Below, in pieces: positions 53,314 to 62,979 of a stretch of DNA of 64,000 bases. The DNA is taken from assembly GCA_000004985.1 (NCBI GenBank), contig GG738902.1, one strand, 5' to 3'. Under the pieces are notes generated by a model that was given only the letters and a program-made list of their open reading frames with translations, was not told the origin of the DNA and searched no databases. The translations under genes were made by a program, and so were the position numbers. This stretch comes from Naegleria gruberi (lineage: Eukaryota). Numbering within the stretch: the stretch's first letter is position 1; every line of letters starts with the position of its first letter.

Positions 53314-54870
53314 TTATTTGACTGGGTTAAATTTGTAAAAAACTAATTTTGAAGGAGATTCTTGATCTAAACTAAAAGGTTCTTTGACATCACCATTGTA
53401 TGAGAAAAATCTCCAATTGCCTGTTTCTTCATTAAGTGGAGAAAAGTTGTTTGGAACTGGTTGACATTTTCTTCCCTTTCGAGATGGAGATCCTTTTGTC
53501 TTGCTTGCTTTAGTTATTTGCTTTCCAATCGATCCTGAAGAGCAAACAGAGTTCTTTCTCGATGCTTGAATGCATTTTCGATTCAAAGTTCCTGTTGGGA
53601 TAGTTTGCTTTCCAAATAGTGATCTCATTATTTCTATTTCAGCATCTGAGAGATCTAGCTTGAGATTTAGTGGTTTTCTATATTGCTCGCTTGTCAATTG
53701 TGAACTATCATAATATACAAATTGTTGTGTAGTTAACTGGCTATTGTAAACATCTTCGCTTATTGCATTTCCAAATACTTGTTGAAATCTTGATTGCAGA
53801 AGAGATGAATAGTACTCTACGATTTGTTGCTTTTCAAGCAAGTTATTATTCGAATATTCTAATGGAGTGATCAATTCAGAGGTTTGCATTTCAGAGAGTG
53901 AAGATATGCCATACATGGAGAAAATATTTGGACTTTCATCAGCTGTAGTTGATTGATGAGAATTAGATTGAAATAGATCTGAAATTGTTGCATCTTTCAA
54001 CGAAATATTGCTGTTTTTGATATGGTTACTTCCTTGATCATCGTGCATGAAATCCTTAAACATTGAGGGAGATATTGCTTTAATAAGGGGAGCTGAATTT
54101 TTGGTTTCAAAATCCATGCAAGACCATGTTTGATCATTGAATGATTTCAGGAGAGAATCACTATCATTATGGATGTTATTGTTCACTTCTTGACATGTGG
54201 AAGAGGATGACGGTATTGGATAGAGCATATTAAACTCGTCTTCAAGAATATGATGATTCGAATTGAATGAATCGACAACGGAATGTGATTCGGAAGGATG
54301 CATCTTGTTTGCCATCTTGTTAGTGGAGGGAGTTGAATATTGTACATGTGGAAATGTTGATTGAAGAGTGGAGGAATTTGATGCGTTATTAGTGAGGTTA
54401 TCAAGGAGAAGGCTGACTGGAGATGGTTGATTAAGGTTCATCAGATTGGAAAGGAGATTGGCAAGGTGTTGATTATTGGTTGATTCATCACTACTGGATG
54501 AGCTACTAAACGTTAGGGTGGATGCTGAAGGATGCAATGAGGAAGTGGTAGTTGCTGATTCCATCATTAACATTGAAGGATTCATCATATTGTTGTTGGA
54601 TTCGTTGAATGATGATGTTGAGGATGCTGAAGGAAGATGATAGAGACTGAGCATGTTATTATTATTAGTGGGGTTCAAGGACGTTTTGGTAACTGATGTT
54701 GTTGTTGGAGTATAGATAGTTTGAGTGTTTGGAAGATTGTTATTAAGGCCCGATAATGTTTGTGATAATGATGAATGTTGTGCTTTCTTACTTGTTGACA
54801 ATTGGTGTTGCGATGATGATGATGATGATTGAATGATTGGTTGAGGGTGTTGATGATGATTAAGATTCAT
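53314..54870 (-). CDS. Ser/Asn/Thr-rich low-complexity protein with a basic C-terminal region
   Basis: ATG at 54870. 518 aa. No domain recognised. Confidence 0.4.
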   Translation of the reverse strand: MNLNHHQHPQPIIQSSSSSSQHQLSTSKKAQHSSLSQTLSGLNNNLPNTQTIYTPTTTSVTKTSLNPTNNNNMLSLYHLPSASSTSSFNESNNNMMNPSMLMMESATTTSSLHPSASTLTFSSSSSSDESTNNQHLANLLSNLMNLNQPSPVSLLLDNLTNNASNSSTLQSTFPHVQYSTPSTNKMANKMHPSESHSVVDSFNSNHHILEDEFNMLYPIPSSSSTCQEVNNNIHNDSDSLLKSFNDQTWSCMDFETKNSAPLIKAISPSMFKDFMHDDQGSNHIKNSNISLKDATISDLFQSNSHQSTTADESPNIFSMYGISSLSEMQTSELITPLEYSNNNLLEKQQIVEYYSSLLQSRFQQVFGNAISEDVYNSQLTTQQFVYYDSSQLTSEQYRKPLNLKLDLSDAEIEIMRSLFGKQTIPTGTLNRKCIQASRKNSVCSSGSIGKQITKASKTKGSPSRKGRKCQPVPNNFSPLNEETGNWRFFSYNGDVKEPFSLDQESPSKLVFYKFNPVK

Positions 54871-55293
54871 CTCGCAGCAGAGAAACTATTAAAGGGTATC
54901 AAATAGCTGACTATTTCATAAACAATGTTTGCTTGTTTTTTTTGTGTTTGTTATTTCTAAGGTCAAATCTGTTGGGCGTTTAATTGAAAGGTTTGCAAGT
55001 CATAGAGAATCCCACGAGGATTCTTTGCCTTAATAAGCTGAAAAGTCACATGGCAACGAAGAGCTCTTCATCACCTTATTTGAAAAATTGCCAGATCCTT
55101 GAGAAGACCACAGAATTTCAAATAAGGATATTCGATATTGAGCTGTAGGAGAAATGTTGAATAAAGCAATGAGAATCCTAGGTTTTTAATCAGTTTGGCT
55201 TTTCGTTGTGGCTGAACAGACAGAAACCAACAGTCATTAAGGCGTTTTGGAAAATAACTTTGAAAGGAATAAACTCTTCGTGAACATAAGGAG

Positions 55294-56496
55294 TTAGAAA
55301 ATGTTGCGAGAGGCAATTTGTTGAGACCACCAGTAAAAGTTTCGGGCACTGGTTATTTCTTGAGGAGAGTTCATTCTAATCTTACGTTCGCCGCCACTTT
55401 GGCAGTACAGGACTCCATGATAGAGATCTAGCAAATCGAGACATGAATTCTCCCTTAATAATTTGGTATTATATGATTGCATAATTGGCTGAACATTGGA
55501 TCGAATATGTTCAATTTCTAGTTTGGTAATTTTGTTATCTCGCTCGAAATATCTTGAAACATGTCCTTGACCATCAAATTCTTCAATAATGAAAACATCA
55601 TTGATCTTTTCCCATAAATCACTTCTAGAGGAATTGATTGTGATTTCATGACCCTCACTTGTCTTACAGGTAAGGTCAGATTGAGTCAAGTCCTTATCAA
55701 CACTCTCCTTTTGTTGTTTCCACATTTGTTTGATAACCTTCTTAAAGATTGCTTCATTATTAACACTGAAAAAGACAGTTTCATAAACAGCACTCTTAAC
55801 TTCAGGCTCTTGATCTTGTGAAGTCATGCACTCTTCATATTCTTTGATTTGTGCCTTCATTCCATCAATAATATTATCAATATTTTGAGATTCCAATCCA
55901 GCAGCTTCTGATTTAATAATGGAAAGTCTTGATTCCAAACTAGACAAAGTTCTCTTTACAAATTCCAAATATTTATGTCTGTTAATAACTACACGAATGG
56001 ATTGGGCTTTTTTATCTTGTCCATAACTGGCTTGCATTGATAACATGGACTCCGTATTCCACAAAGGAAAGTTAATCTCTTCAATAAAATCCAAACAAAG
56101 TGGCAAGATGGCATTGGCTCTAATTGAGCAAGTAGGAAAGGCGCTTTCATAATTTGAATTAATAAATAAACATGGTGTTTTAAAGAGTTCTGCACTTTCC
56201 GAATCAAAATTATCCAAATCCAATAATTCAACAGTAGCTTGTTGAGCATTTACAACAGGCATATCGAGAGAATAGGTTTGTTTAACATATCTCTGATGGG
56301 AATTGGATTGCAGGTGTCGGAATGACATTTTGTTATGGAATTGGTCATCAAGAGGTTGAATCATCATGGATTTAATACATTGGTGATAATTTAATGTTTT
56401 GATGGATCCAAAAACTGTCAATGGAGTGTAATTTCTTCTAGAAATTCTAGGGAGAATAGTTGAGAGTGATGAATGGTTTGTTGCGAGTTTTCTCAT
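55294..56496 (-). CDS. Hypothetical protein (400 aa)
   Basis: ATG at 56496. Clean ORF. Confidence 0.45.
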   Translation of the reverse strand: MRKLATNHSSLSTILPRISRRNYTPLTVFGSIKTLNYHQCIKSMMIQPLDDQFHNKMSFRHLQSNSHQRYVKQTYSLDMPVVNAQQATVELLDLDNFDSESAELFKTPCLFINSNYESAFPTCSIRANAILPLCLDFIEEINFPLWNTESMLSMQASYGQDKKAQSIRVVINRHKYLEFVKRTLSSLESRLSIIKSEAAGLESQNIDNIIDGMKAQIKEYEECMTSQDQEPEVKSAVYETVFFSVNNEAIFKKVIKQMWKQQKESVDKDLTQSDLTCKTSEGHEITINSSRSDLWEKINDVFIIEEFDGQGHVSRYFERDNKITKLEIEHIRSNVQPIMQSYNTKLLRENSCLDLLDLYHGVLYCQSGGERKIRMNSPQEITSARNFYWWSQQIASRNIF

Positions 56497-56539
56497 TTTT
56501 TTAATTTAATTATATTTAAATATTAAATGGATAACTTAA

Positions 56540-58231
56540 TTATGGAGTAATATTTTGCAAATAGAATGGATTGACAGTTGACCTTTGTTTTTTGTTTTCT
56601 GGGAGTGTTGGTGTTGAGGGAGTTGATGTGTTTAAGATATTTGTATCGTTTCTTTTGTGTTTCCTTCTACAGTAAAAATCTTTTGCTGCTTGTTGGATTT
56701 CAGGATGATTCTTGAAGGTTGTGGCATATCCAATAGTGATTGGATCTTGAGAAACAGCACATAATACAATATCTATTGTTTTTTCTAAAGCATATTCTAG
56801 AAGGTGGGGATTTCTCTTCAAGCATTCTTTGAGTAGGTCTATATATCCATCAAATTTGTTTGTAACATGCATGATGGCGCAAGCTGTTTCATCTGTTGCT
56901 ATCTTTACAAAATCCTTGTTCCATTTCAAGTGTTCAGCAGCATACTGTAGTAATAGCCCATCTTTTCGAATATACTTTTCCATAAATTCAGTCTTACTTG
57001 TTAAATCAGAATGAACATATTTCAAAAGGTGTACATCTTTTTCCAAAACCATTTCAACGAACTCTTGCTCTTTTCTAAGAGTTTCATGAGCAAACTTGAA
57101 AGCAATTGGATTGATCTCAATTAATTTCTGCATAAAATTCTTGTTATTTGCTAAGGAAAAGGAGTTATACTCTAACGCAAATTCTGGTCTAATTGTAAAG
57201 GCCATGATTGTAAAGCTCTTGAGAATCTCAGTAATATTTAAAGGTATCTCTTTTGAAGATTCTTCTTGAATTTTGTTGATTAATTCTTTCAGTTCGTTTT
57301 GATATTTCCAATTTTCTCCGTGGGAATAAAGTTCCAATAAGCAATCCCCAAAATTTTTCAAATCTTCAGCAAATGCTTGATTTTGAATTTTTGATTTGGT
57401 GAGGGTTTCTTTTGATTTAATTAAGGAGGTCAAAGACGCAGCATATTCCAGATCAATTAGAATTGGATCGTAAATTACATCGTACCCTCTTATAACTTTC
57501 GATCCAATCAGAAAGTTACTTAGCTTCAAATCATAATGTACATGCTCCATTTGCTGTAAATATTCTATAATGGAGGCCATTCTCATTGCAATTATCAAAA
57601 AGGATATTTCACTTAATGGCTTTGGAATATTTGACAAGTCACCATTTGGATAGAAAACCATATGATAACCCATGTAGGATTGAAAATCCTTATCATATGC
57701 ATCCATAAACTCAATGGCACGTTCATAACTAATAATGTTTGAGCAATTTTCTAACAACATTACTTTCTCAACCTCTCTCTTGACCTCCTTTTTCGGACCT
57801 TTGGTAATCTTTATCACTACTTTTTTTCCTTTCCATAGGGCTGTGTATAAGTGACTTCTTTGACCCTTTCCATATGACTTTAAATCTCCGTATCCTAATA
57901 TCTGTAAATAATTTAATATGAATCTCGTTTCATAATCAAAGAAAATCTTTTTCTGTTGTTTTGTGGTGTCAAAGTATTGCCACATCTCCTTCAAACAATC
58001 ATCATTCGCAATATTGACGATTTCTTTCTTGGAATCATCCAAATAGTAAAACCTGGCAATATAAGGATCTTGTTCGTCTAAAAGTTTTTCAAAATTTGTT
58101 TTAAATTCCATCAAGTTTAATTGTTTGAATTCCTTCGCACCAACAACTATGTGTGGTGTAGCATCATTAACAGACGTGAAGAAATACACTGTTTCATTGT
58201 CATAAACAGGGCTGTTACCATTTAGCAACAT
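56540..58231 (-). CDS. PB1-domain + atypical protein-kinase-like domain + DUF4116 repeats
   Basis: N-terminal ...IARFYYLDDSKKEIVNIANDDCLKEMWQYF is PB1-like. The kinase core has VVIKI (the VAIK Lys), HYDLKLSNFLI (HRD to HYD) and DLE in place of DFG. The C-terminal repeats match the 5078..6553 protein. Confidence 0.6.
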   Translation of the reverse strand: MLLNGNSPVYDNETVYFFTSVNDATPHIVVGAKEFKQLNLMEFKTNFEKLLDEQDPYIARFYYLDDSKKEIVNIANDDCLKEMWQYFDTTKQQKKIFFDYETRFILNYLQILGYGDLKSYGKGQRSHLYTALWKGKKVVIKITKGPKKEVKREVEKVMLLENCSNIISYERAIEFMDAYDKDFQSYMGYHMVFYPNGDLSNIPKPLSEISFLIIAMRMASIIEYLQQMEHVHYDLKLSNFLIGSKVIRGYDVIYDPILIDLEYAASLTSLIKSKETLTKSKIQNQAFAEDLKNFGDCLLELYSHGENWKYQNELKELINKIQEESSKEIPLNITEILKSFTIMAFTIRPEFALEYNSFSLANNKNFMQKLIEINPIAFKFAHETLRKEQEFVEMVLEKDVHLLKYVHSDLTSKTEFMEKYIRKDGLLLQYAAEHLKWNKDFVKIATDETACAIMHVTNKFDGYIDLLKECLKRNPHLLEYALEKTIDIVLCAVSQDPITIGYATTFKNHPEIQQAAKDFYCRRKHKRNDTNILNTSTPSTPTLPENKKQRSTVNPFYLQNITP

Positions 58232-58780
58232 TTTTTCTCTAAACCTCTAAAAAGGCTGATCACGTTCTAGTCATAATCATTCCGAAAAACTGATGGTTGA
58301 TCAGATGATTAAGATATGGAAGGATTAATTTTTGTTAAATTTTTTTTAAGAAATTCAAATTGAAAGACATATTATAAATTTGAGGCAACAAATTGTTTTA
58401 AATTAATTGAGAATAGGATTTATTTGTAAAATTGTAGGCTAATCCTTTGATTTCACCAAATCTTAGAATTTCACAACACTTCCTTTACTGTTTTGGTTGT
58501 TATAGAATTTGTATTTCGAAAGCATTAAATTGAAACAAACTGAAAGCTCAAAACATTCCACTCATCTATGTACTCACCGTTTCAATTTAATGCAAACACA
58601 AACAATTGACTGCTTTTATGTTGTTTTATTAAATTGTTTGAATAGGAATCTTTCAGCTTGCACTAATAACATGAAATCATCAAGTTATTTTGTTGGTTAT
58701 TTAAAAGAATCTCACGGAGGACAATATACCACTCCGAATCATCATCATCAACACAAAAAAATAACATTCAACACCTTGTG

Positions 58781-59593
58781 ATGCTCTCAAAGAAATTTCT
58801 TCTTCTATTAGTGCTAAATCTTCTTTCAATTGCTGCTTTACATGTTAATGCTGCAGGTAGTCAAGCTTTTTGCATTCACACACTTTCGGATGGAAGAACA
58901 ATTGACTTGAATAGAGCAACCAAATCATCAGCCGATTATTTCCTCTACGATAAGGATACCAATTATTACTTTTATATGAATATTTGCAAGGATGCACTCA
59001 AGAGTTGTGATGGACAAAGTTACGGAGGAGTTGCCTATACGAAAGATCCAGGAGCTGAGAGTGAATTTTGTGCAACCTACATGAGTGGATCAACCAGTGA
59101 ACAGAATTATCAAATTTCACTTATAAACTCACAGAAACCTGAATTGGGAGTTGTTTTAGTTGTGAGAGGAGGTGAAAAAGTCCTCACAAGAACACAACAA
59201 ATGAAAATTACAATGAATTGTGCAAAGAGTGTTGGAGATTTGAAATTTGTTCAGGAAAACTTTGTGGACTCGAATATTGTTTTTGAATTTTCATTGGATA
59301 CTCCAGCTGCTTGCATTGTAACTGATGATAATAATTTGGGAGGATTGGGATATTTGGGTTTAGCTCTCTTGTTGATAATTATTATCATGATTCTCTATTT
59401 TGCAATTGGATACATTGTAAATTGTCTTGCTTTGAATAAGGAAGGTGGTTGGTCCTATACTCAACTTCCTCAATTCAAATATTGGAAATTACTATTCCAA
59501 TTGGCTTGGGAAGGATGTTTATTTATCAAGGAAGGAATTCAAAGTTTAATTTTCAAATTTATTTTGAGAAGAGCAATTTATGATCAAATATAA
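58781..59593 (+). CDS. Type I membrane protein with a mannose-6-phosphate-receptor-homology (MRH)-like Cys-containing ectodomain
   Basis: Signal peptide, a six-Cys ectodomain with the C...Y...C pattern, a single C-terminal TM helix (GLALLLIIIIMILYFAIGYIV) and a short tail. ATG at 58781; the GTG at 58778 is a track artefact. Confidence 0.45.
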   Translation: MLSKKFLLLLVLNLLSIAALHVNAAGSQAFCIHTLSDGRTIDLNRATKSSADYFLYDKDTNYYFYMNICKDALKSCDGQSYGGVAYTKDPGAESEFCATYMSGSTSEQNYQISLINSQKPELGVVLVVRGGEKVLTRTQQMKITMNCAKSVGDLKFVQENFVDSNIVFEFSLDTPAACIVTDDNNLGGLGYLGLALLLIIIIMILYFAIGYIVNCLALNKEGGWSYTQLPQFKYWKLLFQLAWEGCLFIKEGIQSLIFKFILRRAIYDQI

Positions 59594-59646
59594 TTCTTTA
59601 TTTTCATTGTTTTCATTTAATATTCCGATATGACAAAGATGTTTAA

Positions 59647-60567
59647 ATGCCAAGCTGTCAAAGATCAAAAAAATGTTTCATGCAATGCTCCCACAGAACA
59701 ACAAACACCACACAACCACACCACAACAGGCAAGTAAATTATTTTCATTCCACTCTAATAATTAATCCAGATATTCCTTCGGATTGGGTATTAATTGGAG
59801 AGGGAGGTTTCGGAAAAGTTTACAAAGGTAAAAAGGATGGACAAGTTAAAGCTTTTAAAATTATTAACAACAAAGATGATGCACTCACTGAATTCACGAA
59901 TACTGCCACAGTTTCTGGTCATCATCATGTTGTCAAAATTTATAGTGCAACAATTATTACAAATCAATCTCTCTGTATTGAGATGGATTATTATGAGAAT
60001 GGTAGTTTGCATGATTATTTCATTAGAAAGAATAACAAACCTCCTTCTGCTAACATGATCAAGTCAATCATGACACAAGTACTTGATGCTCTCATGTACA
60101 TGAAACAAAATTTTAATATGGTCCACAGAGATATCAAACCAGGAAATATTTTGGTTAGGAGAATTGAAAATGATAGTATTGATATTTGTTTGGCAGATTT
60201 TGGAATGGCAAAGAATACTCCTGGTTTATCTGAGAATTCTTCATTGTCACGTGCTAAGGGAACTGAGGGATTTATTGCACCTGAAATATATAGGCCAATA
60301 TCTGAGCAACGTTACTCATTGGCATCTGACATTTTCGCTTTAGGTGCAACCTTATTTAAACTCATGACTCGAATTTCACTAAATGAGTTTCCTTATTTTC
60401 AATGGAGTCTGGATGAACCAACAAAAAGAAATCATTCATCAAAACTAGAAGAAATGATTTACAAAATGTTAAAAATCAACACCTCTACTCCACATGAATT
60501 AATCCAAAACATTTCGAAAATGTTCATTACAGATACAAAACTCGATTTTAATTGTGAAATACTTTAA
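59647..60567 (+). CDS. Ser/Thr protein kinase (kinase domain only, 306 aa)
   Basis: GEGGFGKVYKG, AFK, HRDIKPGNILV, DFGMAK and GTEGFIAPE are all present. Confidence 0.75.
   Translation: MPSCQRSKKCFMQCSHRTTNTTQPHHNRQVNYFHSTLIINPDIPSDWVLIGEGGFGKVYKGKKDGQVKAFKIINNKDDALTEFTNTATVSGHHHVVKIYSATIITNQSLCIEMDYYENGSLHDYFIRKNNKPPSANMIKSIMTQVLDALMYMKQNFNMVHRDIKPGNILVRRIENDSIDICLADFGMAKNTPGLSENSSLSRAKGTEGFIAPEIYRPISEQRYSLASDIFALGATLFKLMTRISLNEFPYFQWSLDEPTKRNHSSKLEEMIYKMLKINTSTPHELIQNISKMFITDTKLDFNCEIL
60539..60566. repeat. Left arm of a perfect 28-bp inverted repeat (partner at 60914..60941)
   Basis: aactcgattttaattgtgaaatacttta at 60539..60566 equals the reverse complement of 60914..60941. The left arm covers the last 9 codons and stop of the kinase gene. 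Confidence 0.85.
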
Positions 60568-60913
60568 ATTTACAATATTAAATGAATGAAAATAAAGAAA
60601 ATAAAGAATTATATTTGATCATAAATTGTTCTTCTTAAAAGATTTTGTGTGTTGTGATTTGTTTCTTGTAAATGAAAGAATTTTAACAGTTATTGATTCA
60701 CAGAGCTGTTCTCACTACTAACATTGTAACTCAAACAAAAGAGCGTTAATTTACGAGCTAGACATTCAGGATCTTTTTCCTATCGTAATCTTTCGATTGG
60801 TTCGCTAACCTCACCTTTGGAGAGTTCACTTAATTCACTTGTTAACTTTTTAACTTGATTGAAATTGTAATTACATAGCTGATTAAGTCTGTGTTCTTTT
60901 GCAGCTCTTCCAT

Positions 60914-60941
60914 AAAGTATTTCACAATTAAAATCGAGTTG
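60914..60941. repeat. Right arm of the 28-bp inverted repeat
   Basis: See the left arm. Spacer 347 nt. Confidence 0.85.
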
Positions 60942-61007
60942 GCAGAGATTTTTTATTATCAAATGTCAGCACGTCAAACTGCCAAAATTATAATCAAACG
61001 ATAAAAA

Positions 61008-62366
61008 ATGAATCACAAGCTGGTGGGCCAAGGGTCTTTGTCATCCAACAGGTTCTCATCCTCACCATCTAACCACAATCATCTCAACAAATTATTCCTT
61101 CTCCTCGTAACAATTTTCACAATTTTCTTTATTAATTTTTCCACATCGACCTTCATTCCACCGATCAATGAAATTCTTTCCGATCAAAAAGAATTTAACT
61201 CCTTGACTGGTTCTCCATCAAGTAGCCCCCCAGGTGCTAGCAATGTTGTAATTCTTCAATCACCTGGAGTTTACAATTATTCAGTTTATGATGATTTGGA
61301 TTTTTCATTCCATTTGCCTGCTTGTCCAGATTCATTGTACAGAAATAAGAATACTAATCAATTGGAATTAATTGTTCAATCACCATCTACTTTTTCATTA
61401 TTTATTGTTATTGCCTTTTCCTCACTTTTATTTGCTAGTATTGTTTTTAGTTCTTTCAATTCTGTTTTCTTACCTCATATTAGAAAGAGAATTAGAACAA
61501 GTTCAATTTCTAATAATTTGTGGATTGTTTACTTTGTTTTTGTTGGATTGAGAGCTGTTTTGAATGCAGTTCACTTTGGAAAACCAACAAGTTTGAGAAA
61601 GGACAGTAAATTCCTATATGCCATGACCATAGTAGGAATGATTCTTCATTCATTGACTGCCTACTTTTTAACACTTGCTTTGAATTATCAGAGAAAACAT
61701 AGAAGTGGATTTTCTGTGGAGGCAACAGGTAATAGTAGACTCTCCTCATTCCACCAACAAATTTACGAAGATAGAGAGGAAGAAAAATTACAATCAACAT
61801 TCCAGAGAAGAACTGCATGGATTAGGAAAATTGTGGTGAAGGGATTTTGGGTTATTTTCTCATTTGAATCATTGGCAACTATTTGTTTCACATTTTCATT
61901 GATTGCCATCTTTTTACGTGCCTTGAATGCCAACTCTGCTCAAAGTGGTGAGCTCTACAGATGGATTCAATTAGGAGCAATGCTCTTTCAAAGAATTCCA
62001 ATTATTATCATTTGCTTTTTAATTATCATGAGTGGATTCTTCTCAATTTTCAAGAAGAAATCTTCACAAGATCACAGAACAGGAGGTCCAACAATTTTCA
62101 CAAGAATTCTCATCTTTGTTGCCCTACTCTTAAATATTCCCAATGATCTTCCACTTTCGTATTGGAACTATTTCCTTTACGGATTGAGAGAGGATAGAAT
62201 TGTTCCTGGATGCATGTTCTATTTTGCAAGTATTTTCGATGCTGTCCTGTTGCTTTTCTTCTTTTCACTTGTCTTGTGGCTTTTTGTGATGATTATTGAG
62301 TTTAGAAGATATAGAAAGGAAACTGTTGAAGCAGCACTTTCTGATACCGTAGAGAATTTCGAATAA
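61008..62366 (+). CDS. Polytopic membrane protein, probable signal peptide plus 7TM topology (GPCR-like / lung-7TM-receptor-like)
   Basis: An N-terminal hydrophobic signal/anchor is followed by an ectodomain of about 90 aa and seven further hydrophobic helices. 452 aa. Confidence 0.5.
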   Translation: MNHKLVGQGSLSSNRFSSSPSNHNHLNKLFLLLVTIFTIFFINFSTSTFIPPINEILSDQKEFNSLTGSPSSSPPGASNVVILQSPGVYNYSVYDDLDFSFHLPACPDSLYRNKNTNQLELIVQSPSTFSLFIVIAFSSLLFASIVFSSFNSVFLPHIRKRIRTSSISNNLWIVYFVFVGLRAVLNAVHFGKPTSLRKDSKFLYAMTIVGMILHSLTAYFLTLALNYQRKHRSGFSVEATGNSRLSSFHQQIYEDREEEKLQSTFQRRTAWIRKIVVKGFWVIFSFESLATICFTFSLIAIFLRALNANSAQSGELYRWIQLGAMLFQRIPIIIICFLIIMSGFFSIFKKKSSQDHRTGGPTIFTRILIFVALLLNIPNDLPLSYWNYFLYGLREDRIVPGCMFYFASIFDAVLLLFFFSLVLWLFVMIIEFRRYRKETVEAALSDTVENFE

Positions 62367-62534
62367 ACTTGTATGGTTTCAAAGTTCACATCCTTTTTGT
62401 TTCCTTTAGTTTCTACCACTTTCTAATACTAAGAATCCTTAGATGGAAACAAAAAGGAAGTAATCATCCCTTTAAATATTGTGCACAGATCTCTATTCCT
62501 TACCTCACTCATACAAAAACAAAACTCACCAGTC

Positions 62535-62932
62535 ATGATTGTGCACCTGTCAAGAATCAATATACTTCAACGAACACCAAAAAAAATTAGCTCAAAATCA
62601 TCTTCCGCTATAATGCCCCTCTTTTCCTCTGTATTCAATCATCATAATTCCAACAATCAAAATGATAATGATGAAGATGAAATTGCCTCGGCACTGATGA
62701 GAACAAAAATCAACACTCCTTCATCCTCACAACCATCAACTCCGTCAGAGAATGGCACATCGACCACTCCTAGAAAGGGTCAGTCACCTGCAACACCTAG
62801 AACACCAAGGGATAATGGTAAATTTGATATGGATAATAATATTGTGAGCTTGGCAAGAATATTTAATATTGAACTTTGTCATACGGAACATGATAATCAG
62901 AAATTTGAAAGAGATTTGATGAGAATGTTAAA
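62535..62932 (+). CDS. Exon 1 of a gene that continues beyond the window end
   Basis: In-frame ATGs at 62535 and 62613; the track start is GTG. A GTAAGT donor at 62933 lies in phase 2. Confidence 0.4.
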
Positions 62933-62979
62933 GTAAGTTGTTTCTTACATATGGATGAAGTAAATATTTTGGAAATTAG

